A stretch of 64,000 bases of DNA from Gammaproteobacteria bacterium. GTDB taxonomy: Bacteria > Pseudomonadota > Gammaproteobacteria > JACKNK01. The stretch spans positions 212,835-276,834 of the forward strand of contig JACKNK010000001.1 of assembly GCA_024234955.1 (NCBI GenBank). The letters are read 5' to 3'. Shown here piece after piece: positions 1-8,855 of the stretch. Both the position numbers and the translations under genes were made by a program. The notes beneath the pieces are model-generated. The model ran no database searches, was not told the origin of the DNA, and saw only the letters and a list, made by a program, of their open reading frames with translations. Position 1 is the first letter of the stretch, and each line of letters begins with the position of its first letter.

Positions 1-1652
1 AATCCTCGAAGCGTCGACGTCGTTCTTTCTCCTTGAACCTCCACCGTCCAGACATTCATCTCGTCTGGTGTCTTCTTGTGCCAGCCCTTGCGCTGGAATC
101 GCCTCTGCAGGTGCTTCCATTCAATGGCGTTCGCTGCCGCGTATTCTTTGAAGATCTGCGGGCTGACGAGCAGCAATCCCTCTGACAAGCCGTGGACCAG
201 GGCATCCTTGCGGTTGCATGCCATCGATCCCGAAGCGAGGCCATCGCGCAGCCAGGTCATGAATTGATCCTCGATCTCCTTGTTGGCGGATGGTTCGCTG
301 GTTGCGTCCTCGAGGACATCGTTCTGGGGCGTTGCGACCGTTGGTGTGGGGGAAGGATCGGCGAGTCGTGGCATGGGAATCTCCGCATCGCGCTTGTCCT
401 TGACGGGCGCTGGCCCCGGGGCTGGATCCGCTGCAAGAGACGGCGATGCGGTCTGAGCATCGCCGTCTCTTGCAGCGGCGACCGCTGGTGTGACCTCCTC
501 GGTTTGGGTATGAGGCGTCACCGTTCCGGCGATGCTCGCAGGGCGTTCCTCGGGGTTTGGCCATAACCGGTCCAGATGGAAGGCCAGGACGCGCATTTCC
601 TGCTCCCAGCCGTCCTGCAGAGCGATTTGGACCGTGTGTATGGCGCGACCGTCTTCTGTGGTCGTGATCGCGCCGATCGCCTGCAGCTCGTCCATGAGCC
701 GGTTGTTGTCCGTTGGGATGCCGCGGACTCCGAGATTGCTGAGGTAGTCGCGTGCGGCATCGAGGACTTTCTTCGACACCAGCCAGGCGGTATTGCCGGT
801 GATCCAACCGGCGGCGCCACGTTGGTTGAGTGGTAGCTTGTTGTCTCGATGTAGATGCGCGATCGCGCCGAGCACCTGGTCGGCGACTGTTTTGACGTCA
901 CCGGCAACGGCGGGGCGTTTGCCGCCGGTGAGATCGCGAGCGGTCGAATAGCTGTCACCTTGCTTCACCAGTTGGGTGATGGCGTTCTCGCCACCGCTCA
1001 GGGCGCTGATCCAGTGCTCGAAGAGCTCGGGGGTTTCACTCAACCAGGCAAGGCCTTGATCCGGAATTATCCGGGTGGCCACAAGTAGCGAGGCGCTGGC
1101 ATGGAGCTTGTAGCGGCGCTGTGCGTCAAATCGAACGCGATAGAACGTGGTGCCTGTTTCAGCTAGGTTGCTGATCCAGGGGTTCCAGTCGTTGATGACC
1201 ATGCCTTTGTGGTCGACGAGTTCGACCCGCTGATCAGTGATGGGTTTGGCGATGTCGTGGAAGAGGGCGGCCGTCGCGATCGCGTAGCGTTCCTTGGCAG
1301 CCTTGATCTCGGTTTCCTCGACGATGGCCGGGATGATGGCCATGGGGGCGCGCGCTGCTCTTAGTGCGTAGACGGCCACTTCCAGGCTGTGACGCAGCAG
1401 TCCGCCAGCGTCTGCATGGTGGTGGCTTTGTGAGGCAGGGAGTTCTTGTACGAATGAGGCGTAGCGCAGCAGCAGCGTGTGCAGCAGGCGATCGGAGTGG
1501 TGGTGCGGCAACCCGACCTGGACGTTGAGTTCGTCGACCAGGTCATGGTGGCGGGCGAGGAGTGTGCCGGCGTCAGTGACTGCCAGGCAGCCAGGCGGCG
1601 GTGAGACAGTTTGCCGTTGGTTTCGGTGTGGCTTTCGCCAGCGTTGGAGCAT
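1..1652 (-). CDS. traI: MobH-family ICE relaxase TraI (PFGI-1/pKLC102 class), partial because the C-terminus runs off the window start. The start codon is at ~1652, or alternatively ~1766.
   Basis: My own minus-strand translation is open from 1809 down to position 1. It contains the motifs ASQSHHHADAGGLLRHSLEVA and LFHDIAKP, the HD-hydrolase signature of MobH relaxases such as SXT/pKLC102 TraI. It is absent from the ORF track, which only lists complete ORFs. Confidence 0.75.
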   Translation of the reverse strand, partial: MLQRWRKPHRNQRQTVSPPPGCLAVTDAGTLLARHHDLVDELNVQVGLPHHHSDRLLHTLLLRYASFVQELPASQSHHHADAGGLLRHSLEVAVYALRAARAPMAIIPAIVEETEIKAAKERYAIATAALFHDIAKPITDQRVELVDHKGMVINDWNPWISNLAETGTTFYRVRFDAQRRYKLHASASLLVATRIIPDQGLAWLSETPELFEHWISALSGGENAITQLVKQGDSYSTARDLTGGKRPAVAGDVKTVADQVLGAIAHLHRDNKLPLNQRGAAGWITGNTAWLVSKKVLDAARDYLSNLGVRGIPTDNNRLMDELQAIGAITTTEDGRAIHTVQIALQDGWEQEMRVLAFHLDRLWPNPEERPASIAGTVTPHTQTEEVTPAVAAARDGDAQTASPSLAADPAPGPAPVKDKRDAEIPMPRLADPSPTPTVATPQNDVLEDATSEPSANKEIEDQFMTWLRDGLASGSMACNRKDALVHGLSEGLLLVSPQIFKEYAAANAIEWKHLQRRFQRKGWHKKTPDEMNVWTVEVQGERTTSTLRG

Positions 1653-1946
1653 TGCCGGACCTTTTGCCCCGCAGGGGCTGACCCTTTGTGTTGGCCCTTT
1701 CCCGCCCGGGTTGCGCAGCGGCCCGGGCGGGCCCTCTGGGGGTAGGGCCTTTGCCCGTACCGCCATTCCCTTGAGGTTATCCCTTTGGCCCTTTGAGGCA
1801 GTCTGTATCTAGGTGATGTGGTATCCGCAATTATTCTGTTGAGTTCTGCACACGCCTTGGGCGCGAGCTGACTCCTACGGGCGTATTACAGCCGGCTCTA
1901 ACGTTTGAACTAAGCCGCGACGCCAAGCGTCTGCTTGAATCAATTT

Positions 1947-2546
1947 TTAGGCGACATGCGATACCTGATTGAGAAATGTACGCATAGCTTTTCGGTAACG
2001 AAAGAGCATTGAAAAACCGACAGTCAACTCGTCACCAGCCTGCGGCAAGGGCTCAATGAATGATCTGACTATCTTGATTGATTTGTCGTTCCACACACCT
2101 TGTCCGTGTGTAAGTACGTTTCGTACTGCTACGAGTTCAAAGCAGCCATTTGCTGCCCAGTGATAGCGTTGATCCAACCCTTTCTTGAGCTTCTCGACTT
2201 TTGACTGAGGAAAATTTCCCGCTGTTTCACCCCGTGCGGAAAGCGCTTCATTCATCATTTCATCAAGGATCACAACGAGATCTTGCACCAGCATCTTAAT
2301 TACTTGTCGAGATGTGTCTTCGAAGTGCATTGAAGGATCACGCCTGAAGGTAAGCACCTTCTTCCCCTCGGGGTGCGCTAGAAGAACGGAGTTGTAAGAG
2401 CAGTCTGGTGTCACCCAGGTATGCGCGTCGCGAGCGCGCTGATCCAGACTGGTCAAATCTCCAAACTGTTGTTCCCTCGAGATATGTAGCGAGTGAATCA
2501 GAGTGTAAAGAGTGCTGGTCCAGACGTTGACTCTCTCCCAGTCCAC
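1947..2546 (-). CDS. Hypothetical protein in a low-GC island, with a possible HEPN-like Rx4H motif (RNVLTH).
   Basis: 199-aa ORF in a ~48% GC patch. It points the same way as the next two genes. It contains the RNVLTH motif. Confidence 0.45.
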   Translation of the reverse strand: MDWERVNVWTSTLYTLIHSLHISREQQFGDLTSLDQRARDAHTWVTPDCSYNSVLLAHPEGKKVLTFRRDPSMHFEDTSRQVIKMLVQDLVVILDEMMNEALSARGETAGNFPQSKVEKLKKGLDQRYHWAANGCFELVAVRNVLTHGQGVWNDKSIKIVRSFIEPLPQAGDELTVGFSMLFRYRKAMRTFLNQVSHVA

Positions 2547-2607
2547 TTGGATTTCCTCCTATCAAACATCCTTTTGGATGTTTTCGTGGTAACGGGGGAG
2601 AGCCCCA

Positions 2608-3078
2608 TTACGCACAAACTGGCTCAGATTTTAACTTTTCTTCGACGCGAATTCGGTGGCGATTAGAAAGGATGGCTTTTTGTTGTTCTATATCGAGATA
2701 CCTATAACTCTGTGGTGCTACGAACCCCGACATTGCAATGCGCAGGTGTTCTAGTCTTATCGGCTCGATAGATTCGTAATGCGAAAGTTGAACGGCAAAT
2801 CCTGCATCTTGATCTTGGAAGTAGTGGTCGAAGCGATCACGGGAAAGTCCTACTTTTGCCCTATGACGCGCCCACAACTCCGTTGGCTTATCTACGTCGA
2901 TACTCGCAACGCGAACCCTGCCTAGAATCGCCCCGACAGGCAGGGTTACATACAAATAAATCCATGTTCCTTCAGGTGCATCAGGAAAACGGCGGCGCAG
3001 TTCCACGGTCTTTGATCCGCCGGCGATCTTCTCAGCAAACTCTGGTGCGACAGATAACAAAATTGCACGACCGTTCAT
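2608..3078 (-). CDS. ASCH-domain (PUA-like) protein.
   Basis: 156 aa. The N-terminus ILLSVAPEFAEKIAGGSKTVELRRR resembles ASCH/PUA-like beta-barrel proteins. It overlaps the upstream gene by 4 nt, which suggests an operon. Confidence 0.5.
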   Translation of the reverse strand: MNGRAILLSVAPEFAEKIAGGSKTVELRRRFPDAPEGTWIYLYVTLPVGAILGRVRVASIDVDKPTELWARHRAKVGLSRDRFDHYFQDQDAGFAVQLSHYESIEPIRLEHLRIAMSGFVAPQSYRYLDIEQQKAILSNRHRIRVEEKLKSEPVCA

Positions 3079-5162
3079 GCCAACATCCTCATGCCCTCTT
3101 GGTAGACCTCTGTAAACAGCCCCTCTGGCACACGCAAGGGTCCTGGCACACGATTTTTTGTGCCCATGTGGTCAAGGATTAAGTTTTCTAGCCGTTTCCA
3201 TGGCAACGGACAGACCAGTAGTTCTGTTTTCGCAAAGTGATACGCCTTCAGTTTCGCGGAAGGATCTCCTCCTGCGGCGTCCAAAATATTCTGCCATGTG
3301 TACGCACCGAGACGATGGAATTTTCTCGACAAGCGGGTCGCCTCGTCCGTCTCGGTTCCCAGGCAGAGTGAGACTGCACGGACCTCGCTGACAGGGCTGC
3401 TCACGTACCAGAGGATTCGGCTTCCCTCGGGGATCACAACGTTCGACCGAGAGTAGTAGACGTTTTCTAACGCCAGTGCAGGGTGTTCCGGGACATCAAA
3501 AAAGTCGTTTTCCGCGAGATCACGATCGAACAGCGCGGTTGCCCAGTATTTCTGGATTGGAACGATGTAGGTCGATATGCCAGCTCCAAGGACCTTGAGG
3601 GGCCAGAACATCGCCTCAAGTTCGCGAGGTTCGAGGGCGGCCAGTGTCGACACATCTGGGAAGTGGTCGTTTATAAGGTCAATCGCGCCCGTTACATCAA
3701 CCATCTCTCGTAGGGTCTGGAACACAAGAATTCCATCACGCGAATACTGAAACCCCAGTTCCAGAAGAGCTTCCTGAATATCGCCAGAACCGGGGTCATC
3801 GATCATTACGGAGGTGAGCCCCTGCCTATTCGCAATCTCAATCACATCTGCTAGGGCACGCCGCAAGAGCGTACCGGTCAACGGGCCACTGAGAGTGCGG
3901 AGAAAGCGAAGGCGTAGCGAACTGGGTGGCGACTGATCGACGGCCAGGGCTACTCGCGGATGCTCTCCGCGCACGCCGATTAACTGGACTGTGCATCTGC
4001 TGCACGACGAGAGGGTGGTTCGTATCATCCTCAGCCAAGTCGCTTTGGTTTCTCCAGAAGAGAATCGCTGAAAGGGCAGAAGGTCATGTTCCGTGACGAT
4101 CGACCGTCGCTCAACGCGTGTACCGTTGAGACGAACCGGCGCGTATGTTTGTCCGAGAAAATTCCCTTGTAAACGAGCCACCATGTCGCAAGGACGAAGT
4201 ACGGTTAACCCTGTTACCGTCAGAATGTCGTCCGCATGATCGAGAAGAACTTCATCGCGGGTCGCGAAATATTTGGCACCGTCCAGGGATGCATGGGCGA
4301 GTTGGCGACGGTCGGAAAAGTCAGAGTGGGTAACCGGCGTAGGCATTACGTCACCGATCTCGTCCAGCATCTCGTCTAGCTTGTCAGGATGTCCCGCGAG
4401 TTCTTCGAATCGATGAAAGTATGACAACGCCCGTTGCCGCTTTGCGGGGTCCGGTTGGCGTGAGACTTCATTACGAAGTTCACGGGTTACACAAATTTCG
4501 ACATCATCAAGCCAATCACTTAGTAACCCTCCACTCTCCTCATAGTGTGGGGCGGCAGGATCCATGATGTCGAAAAAGACATTGGCATCGATCGCAATTA
4601 GGCGGGACGGTGCTCCAGGCGCGTCCCGGATAGCTCGCAACAGCGGTGCATCATCTCGATTGACTCGGCGCCACTCAAAAAGTGGCATTGAGTCCGCACC
4701 TCGACCGACTATCTCGTTATCCAAGGCGAACCCGTGTTTCGGCCATAACTGATTTGCAGCCTCGTAGTCTTTGCGGCAACGCAAACGAATCGCGTTGGCG
4801 TCCTTGCTTAGATGAATCAGGTGCCGCAAGAGATTTTCGGAGCAATCAGAACCGCGGTGCTCCTCCGCAACACACAGGTGCACCAAGACGACCTCGCCCC
4901 TGGAGCGTCTCCAAGCTGCGTACCCTAGTAGCTCCTCGTTCCGCGTATGGGCAAGAACACAGCCGGCATGTACGAATTCGTCTAACGCGCCACGCGGAAG
5001 AAAGCCGAGTGTGTTGGAGTTTTTACGGTACAAATCCCACACTTTATCCACCAGGATTGAACCAGGTGGTACCAGGGAAAGCATGCTTTCGGTCATCCCT
5101 GCGAATCCTTTCCTTTCGTATGTGCCAATTAGTACGTAGTCATTCGCTTGGTGGACGAGCAC
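3075..5162 (-). CDS. Multidomain protein: N-terminal GNAT acetyltransferase, a PIN nuclease domain, a second GNAT-like region, and a C-terminal domain of unknown (possibly PUA/EVE-like) fold.
   Basis: 695 aa. The GNAT motif is LVHLCVAEEHRGSDCSENLLRHL. The PIN motif is LIAIDANVFFDIMD. A second acetyltransferase-like stretch reads LTSVMIDDPGSGDIQEALLELGF. GC is low. Confidence 0.55.
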   Translation of the reverse strand: MLVHQANDYVLIGTYERKGFAGMTESMLSLVPPGSILVDKVWDLYRKNSNTLGFLPRGALDEFVHAGCVLAHTRNEELLGYAAWRRSRGEVVLVHLCVAEEHRGSDCSENLLRHLIHLSKDANAIRLRCRKDYEAANQLWPKHGFALDNEIVGRGADSMPLFEWRRVNRDDAPLLRAIRDAPGAPSRLIAIDANVFFDIMDPAAPHYEESGGLLSDWLDDVEICVTRELRNEVSRQPDPAKRQRALSYFHRFEELAGHPDKLDEMLDEIGDVMPTPVTHSDFSDRRQLAHASLDGAKYFATRDEVLLDHADDILTVTGLTVLRPCDMVARLQGNFLGQTYAPVRLNGTRVERRSIVTEHDLLPFQRFSSGETKATWLRMIRTTLSSCSRCTVQLIGVRGEHPRVALAVDQSPPSSLRLRFLRTLSGPLTGTLLRRALADVIEIANRQGLTSVMIDDPGSGDIQEALLELGFQYSRDGILVFQTLREMVDVTGAIDLINDHFPDVSTLAALEPRELEAMFWPLKVLGAGISTYIVPIQKYWATALFDRDLAENDFFDVPEHPALALENVYYSRSNVVIPEGSRILWYVSSPVSEVRAVSLCLGTETDEATRLSRKFHRLGAYTWQNILDAAGGDPSAKLKAYHFAKTELLVCPLPWKRLENLILDHMGTKNRVPGPLRVPEGLFTEVYQEGMRMLA

Positions 5163-5445
5163 TAGAATTCAGCGATCGTTCGGGTGATCACGGCGAAGTG
5201 GCGCTGCCTTGAGCGTTGGAGCACGCTTCGTCCCCGGCTATTTGTAGGGCGTTGCGAGGTTCTCTGACCACATCGTCGTCTGATGAGCGAGTGAGTATGA
5301 TCACGATTCGTTGCTTCCGGACAAAGGTAGCGCAAAGTGATCCGATATATCAGCTGACGCTGTTGTTTTCAGAAAATGCTTAGAGTTACTGGTTGGATCA
5401 GTTCTCGCAGCGTTGTTCTTTTGAGTGCGGACTTTTAACAGAATG

Positions 5446-5541
5446 CCCATTTTGTTCAATGTCGGGTGTCGCCGGGTACGGTACGACGGGTTCTCGCGAG
5501 GTCCCGTGACTGACGTGCCAAACTCCGTTTTGTTCAAAGTC
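5446..5541. repeat. Two copies of a ~16-bp direct repeat, ttttgttcaa(t/a)gtcg, 78 bp apart, just upstream of the fimB-like gene.
   Basis: Seen at ~5446-5463 and ~5524-5541, in the divergent intergenic region between the GNAT-PIN gene and the fimB-like gene. Confidence 0.5.
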
Positions 5542-5549
5542 GCGGAGAG

Positions 5550-6134
5550 ATGGTGGTGGAAGAGGGTGTTCAGCTGGTTGTCGATGGCCATGACCGGCAG
5601 GGCCGGGACTTTCTGACCCCATCGGAGATCACGCAGCTGCTCGATGCCGCCAAGAAAGGTCGGCATGGCGTTCGTGACCATGCCTTGCTGCTGACGATGT
5701 ATCGGCATGGATATCGGGTCTCGGAACTCTGTGAGGCGACGCTCAACGACTTGAGTCTTGGCGAGGCGCACATCTGGGTACGGCGAAAGAAGGGATCGAT
5801 GTCGACTCAGCAGCCGATCGAAGGCGACGAACTGCGTGCCTTGCGTCGTTACCTGCGGACAAGGTCATTGAATCAACGATGGCTGTTCCTGTCGGAGCGG
5901 GACGGGCCCTTAACGCGGAATGCGGTGTACTACCTGGTCACGCGTGCCGGCGAAAAGGCTGGACTGCCCTTCACCGTGCATCCGCATATGCTGAGGCACT
6001 CGTGCGGGTACTACCTGGCCAACAAGGGTTACGACTTGAGATTGATCCAGGACTACTTGGGGCACCGAAATCCTACGCATACAGCCAGATATACTCGAAC
6101 CGCATCCGCGCGATTTCATGGACTTTGGTCGTAG
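5550..6134 (+). CDS. FimB/FimE-family tyrosine recombinase, a short site-specific invertase-type recombinase.
   Basis: 194 aa. It is very similar to E. coli FimB throughout, for example HPHMLRHSCGYYLANKGYDLRLIQDYLGHRNPTHTARYT, with the catalytic R..HxxR..Y residues. Confidence 0.85.
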   Translation: MVVEEGVQLVVDGHDRQGRDFLTPSEITQLLDAAKKGRHGVRDHALLLTMYRHGYRVSELCEATLNDLSLGEAHIWVRRKKGSMSTQQPIEGDELRALRRYLRTRSLNQRWLFLSERDGPLTRNAVYYLVTRAGEKAGLPFTVHPHMLRHSCGYYLANKGYDLRLIQDYLGHRNPTHTARYTRTASARFHGLWS

Positions 6135-6179
6135 CCGTGCGAGTGCGTTTTTTAGCAAGCATGAACAAGGAGGCTCTGT

Positions 6180-6491
6180 ATGGATATCGATCCGTTTGCG
6201 CAACTCGTCGGTGGCTATGACAATTTGCTTTATTTCGGGCTGGGTGTGCTCGTATTGGGAGCAATGCTTCGTTGGGTACGTCTCCGTACAGACGTTTACC
6301 TCAACACACCGACGTATCGGAATTACGTTGCGAGACACCCTGAGGCCGCGACCGGAGACGGTGTCAAATGTATTCACTGTGGGAGCGCAAACATCCGGAA
6401 TAGGGGGTATCAGGGCGAACAGGATCGTTCCAGGCTGCATGTCTGCGAGAGCTGCGGCCGGACGCTATACCGGACGACATCGAGTTTTTAG
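6180..6491 (+). CDS. Small protein with an N-terminal transmembrane segment and a C-terminal CxxC...CxxC zinc ribbon.
   Basis: 103 aa. A strong aaggagg Shine-Dalgarno lies 7 nt upstream of the ATG. The cysteine pairs are CIHCGS and CESCGR. Confidence 0.45.
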   Translation: MDIDPFAQLVGGYDNLLYFGLGVLVLGAMLRWVRLRTDVYLNTPTYRNYVARHPEAATGDGVKCIHCGSANIRNRGYQGEQDRSRLHVCESCGRTLYRTTSSF

Positions 6492-6501
6492 GTGGGGGCA
6501 G

Positions 6502-7416
6502 CTAAACGCGCGGCAGCTGCCGAATGACCTGCCGCTGCAACTCCTCGTTGCTGTGTACGTATTCCAGGGTGGACCGGTAGTCGTTGTGTCCCATCAGTTC
6601 CTGCAGGGTGCGTAGATCCGTTTTTGGCGCAAGCATGGTACCGAAGGTGTGTCGCAGCTTGTGCGCGCTGATCGGGATGCTCAGATGGTCGGAGAGGCGG
6701 CGAAAAAAACCGCTGATTTGCTCCGGCGTCAGTTCATCCCCTTTGAAGCGTGTCGTGAACCGGGTCACGTTGAAAAGCTGTTCATCCTGGTCATCGATGC
6801 AAACCTGTATCTCTGACCGGTTCAGCAGGCGCACGAGATGGGGCAGTAAGAGATCCGAGATCGCAATGTCGCGGGCCTCTCCGTTCTTCGAGAACTCGGC
6901 CCGGAGGTGGATGGCGCCAGCGCGAAGGTCGACGTCACCAACACGGATGCCGGCGAGTTGGCGCCGGCGGATTCCGGTGAAGAACAGCGTTCGTATCGCT
7001 GTCGCCCAAAACCAGCCTGGCTCCAAGGCGCAGTCTGGCCCCTCCAGGTAGTCAATCGCAGATTGCACGGTCTCCAGCTGAAGAGACTTCGGCAGCTTCT
7101 TGGGTGGACGTAGCGTTACCCGATCGAAGGGGTTGCTCTCGATGCCTGATTCCACGACATCTTTGCGCAGGAACTCCCACAGGGCCCGCATATGCACGGC
7201 GTAGTTGTTCCAGCTCCGGATCGCTGCTCGGCTCAGTACCTGCTCACGCCAGAGAAGCACGCCTTGCCGGGTCAAGGAGGCCACGTTCCCCACAGGATGG
7301 CCCAGGGCCTCCAAATCTCGCTCGGCGAGAGCAATGACTGTCTGGTAGTGACGCATCGTCGCCGCGCTGGGTAACCGCTCCAGGCGGTAGGCGTTCAGTG
7401 CATCCCACAGTGTCAT
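6502..7416 (-). CDS. Tyrosine site-specific integrase/recombinase of the phage-integrase family, XerC/XerD-like.
   Basis: 304 aa. The C-terminal catalytic region AHKLRHTFGTML...LMGHNDYRSTLEYVH carries the R-H-R-Y signature. Confidence 0.85.
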   Translation of the reverse strand: MTLWDALNAYRLERLPSAATMRHYQTVIALAERDLEALGHPVGNVASLTRQGVLLWREQVLSRAAIRSWNNYAVHMRALWEFLRKDVVESGIESNPFDRVTLRPPKKLPKSLQLETVQSAIDYLEGPDCALEPGWFWATAIRTLFFTGIRRRQLAGIRVGDVDLRAGAIHLRAEFSKNGEARDIAISDLLLPHLVRLLNRSEIQVCIDDQDEQLFNVTRFTTRFKGDELTPEQISGFFRRLSDHLSIPISAHKLRHTFGTMLAPKTDLRTLQELMGHNDYRSTLEYVHSNEELQRQVIRQLPRV

Positions 7417-7505
7417 TTCGCTCCCTCATCCATTGCATTGCGCTTCTCCCTGCACGTGGGAACGACGGCGCGGCTTCCATAATTCCGGAATCTTTCAGAC
7501 CGACG

Positions 7506-8054
7506 TCAATCGATGCGGGTCACAGATTCCTGGAAGTTCCACATCAACCATTCGAGCCCGAACGCCCAGGCGATTCGACCCATGATCTTGATGCAGGGGA
7601 CCGCGCTACGATTCCTGAAGTCGTAGAGATACGTCGCCGAAACGTCGATCGCATCGGCCAGTTTCGTGATCGAGTCGACCGCTTCACCATCTGGAGTCAG
7701 GACGTTGATTGGCGGGTTTTTCTTAATGCCAATAAGAAGATCGATCTGACGATCTACCAATGCGGACATGCCCATCACGAGCCCGTTGGGCAGGTCTCGA
7801 AGAAGTGGGGCGGTGAGGTCGAAGAAACGTCGAAGATCGGTCGGGTTGCTGGGGTCGAGCGTGAATGCGGCGGCGCGGGCCTGTTGGTACAGACCCCGGT
7901 AAATACGGTCGAGATCCGGGCGGAATTCGACGACGGGGACGGATCGATTGGCGGGTTGTGCCATGACAGCTCCTTCTTGGTACTGATGATTTCCGTAAAA
8001 GTGGAAATATTTTTTCAGCGGCATGACGAAGCGGTCAACACACGCTTTCGTCAT
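7506..8054 (-). CDS. XRE-family helix-turn-helix DNA-binding protein. The start may instead be the internal Met at ~7964.
   Basis: The C-terminus has an HTH, ITKLADAIDVSATYLYDFRNRSAVPCIKIMGRIAWAFG. Confidence 0.45.
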   Translation of the reverse strand: MTKACVDRFVMPLKKYFHFYGNHQYQEGAVMAQPANRSVPVVEFRPDLDRIYRGLYQQARAAAFTLDPSNPTDLRRFFDLTAPLLRDLPNGLVMGMSALVDRQIDLLIGIKKNPPINVLTPDGEAVDSITKLADAIDVSATYLYDFRNRSAVPCIKIMGRIAWAFGLEWLMWNFQESVTRID

Positions 8055-8067
8055 GCCACTGGACGCT

Positions 8068-8808
8068 TCAGTACCGGAAATAGAGCAACCGGCTGAACCG
8101 TGGCCAGACGCTCACTCCAAGGCGCTCATTCCAATCTTCAGGCAAACGCAACGTGCCGAAAATCGCGTCCCAGAACGTGATAGTTGCGTAGTTGAACCGG
8201 TGCAGGCCTCGCTGGTGATGCACCAGGTGTTGTTCCGGTATCTGGACCACGTAGCCCAGCGGGCGCAGCCAGCGGGGCGTGTTTACGTTTGCGTGGTGGA
8301 ACGATTCGAGCGTGCCCTCGATGACGAGAACGGACCAGATAATCGTGGCATCGAGGCCCAGTCCAAGCCTGGCGACAATGACGATCACTGCTGAATTGGC
8401 AAAGATTTCGATGGGGTGGCGCCAGAACGCCACCCGCGTTTCCATGTGCGCGGCCGCGTGATGGGCGAAGTGCAGGTAGTGCCAAAGCGGGTGGAATCGG
8501 TGCTTGGCGCGGTGCCACCAGTAGGCCGCGAAGCTGTATACGGCGTACCCGATCAGGAGTTGCTGCCAGTCGCTGAGTCCATCCAGGGGATGCCATATGA
8601 GTGGCAGTCCGGACCAGGCGGAGAGATAACTTGCCGTCCATGCGGCTGCGTAGAGTTGGACGGCTGCCCACCACCAATTCCATCCCGGTGCGTCCGGGTA
8701 GTGACGGGCGGGTTTGACGCGCTCCATGATGAAGAACGAAGTGAAGACGACGGCCTGCATGGCCATGATTTGGGTTTCCATTGCTCCCTCCTGTATTTCC
8801 GTTTGCAA
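8068..8808 (-). CDS. Fatty acid hydroxylase / sterol desaturase-family membrane protein.
   Basis: It has His-box motifs (HRAKHRFHPLWH, HFAHH, HHANV...HLVHH) and several hydrophobic segments. Confidence 0.7.
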   Translation of the reverse strand: MQTEIQEGAMETQIMAMQAVVFTSFFIMERVKPARHYPDAPGWNWWWAAVQLYAAAWTASYLSAWSGLPLIWHPLDGLSDWQQLLIGYAVYSFAAYWWHRAKHRFHPLWHYLHFAHHAAAHMETRVAFWRHPIEIFANSAVIVIVARLGLGLDATIIWSVLVIEGTLESFHHANVNTPRWLRPLGYVVQIPEQHLVHHQRGLHRFNYATITFWDAIFGTLRLPEDWNERLGVSVWPRFSRLLYFRY

Positions 8809-8855
8809 GGAGGAGCGGATGCTACGACTTCAGTTCACGCGGACAGGAAACAGTC

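Noticed and set aside
121-958. Listed ORFs 121-807(-), 257-460(-), 518-958(-), 576-836(+) and 855-1088(+) inside the first 1.3 kb.
   Set aside because: They are Arg/Pro-rich wrong-frame artefacts of high-GC DNA. The real gene is the partial MobH relaxase in another minus-strand frame, which is open from 1809 to position 1.
5162-5550. A clear fimS-like 9-bp inverted-repeat pair bounding an invertible promoter next to the FimB-like gene.
   Set aside because: Scanning by eye found only short palindromes and a 16-bp direct repeat. No convincing inverted-repeat pair was found, so the switch is reported as a hypothesis only, not a feature.
8781-8855. N-terminal 25-aa extension of the SRAP ORF as listed.
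   Set aside because: SRAP catalysis needs Cys2 after Met removal. The MCGRY start at 8856 is the biologically consistent start, and the extension also overlaps the divergent hydroxylase gene.
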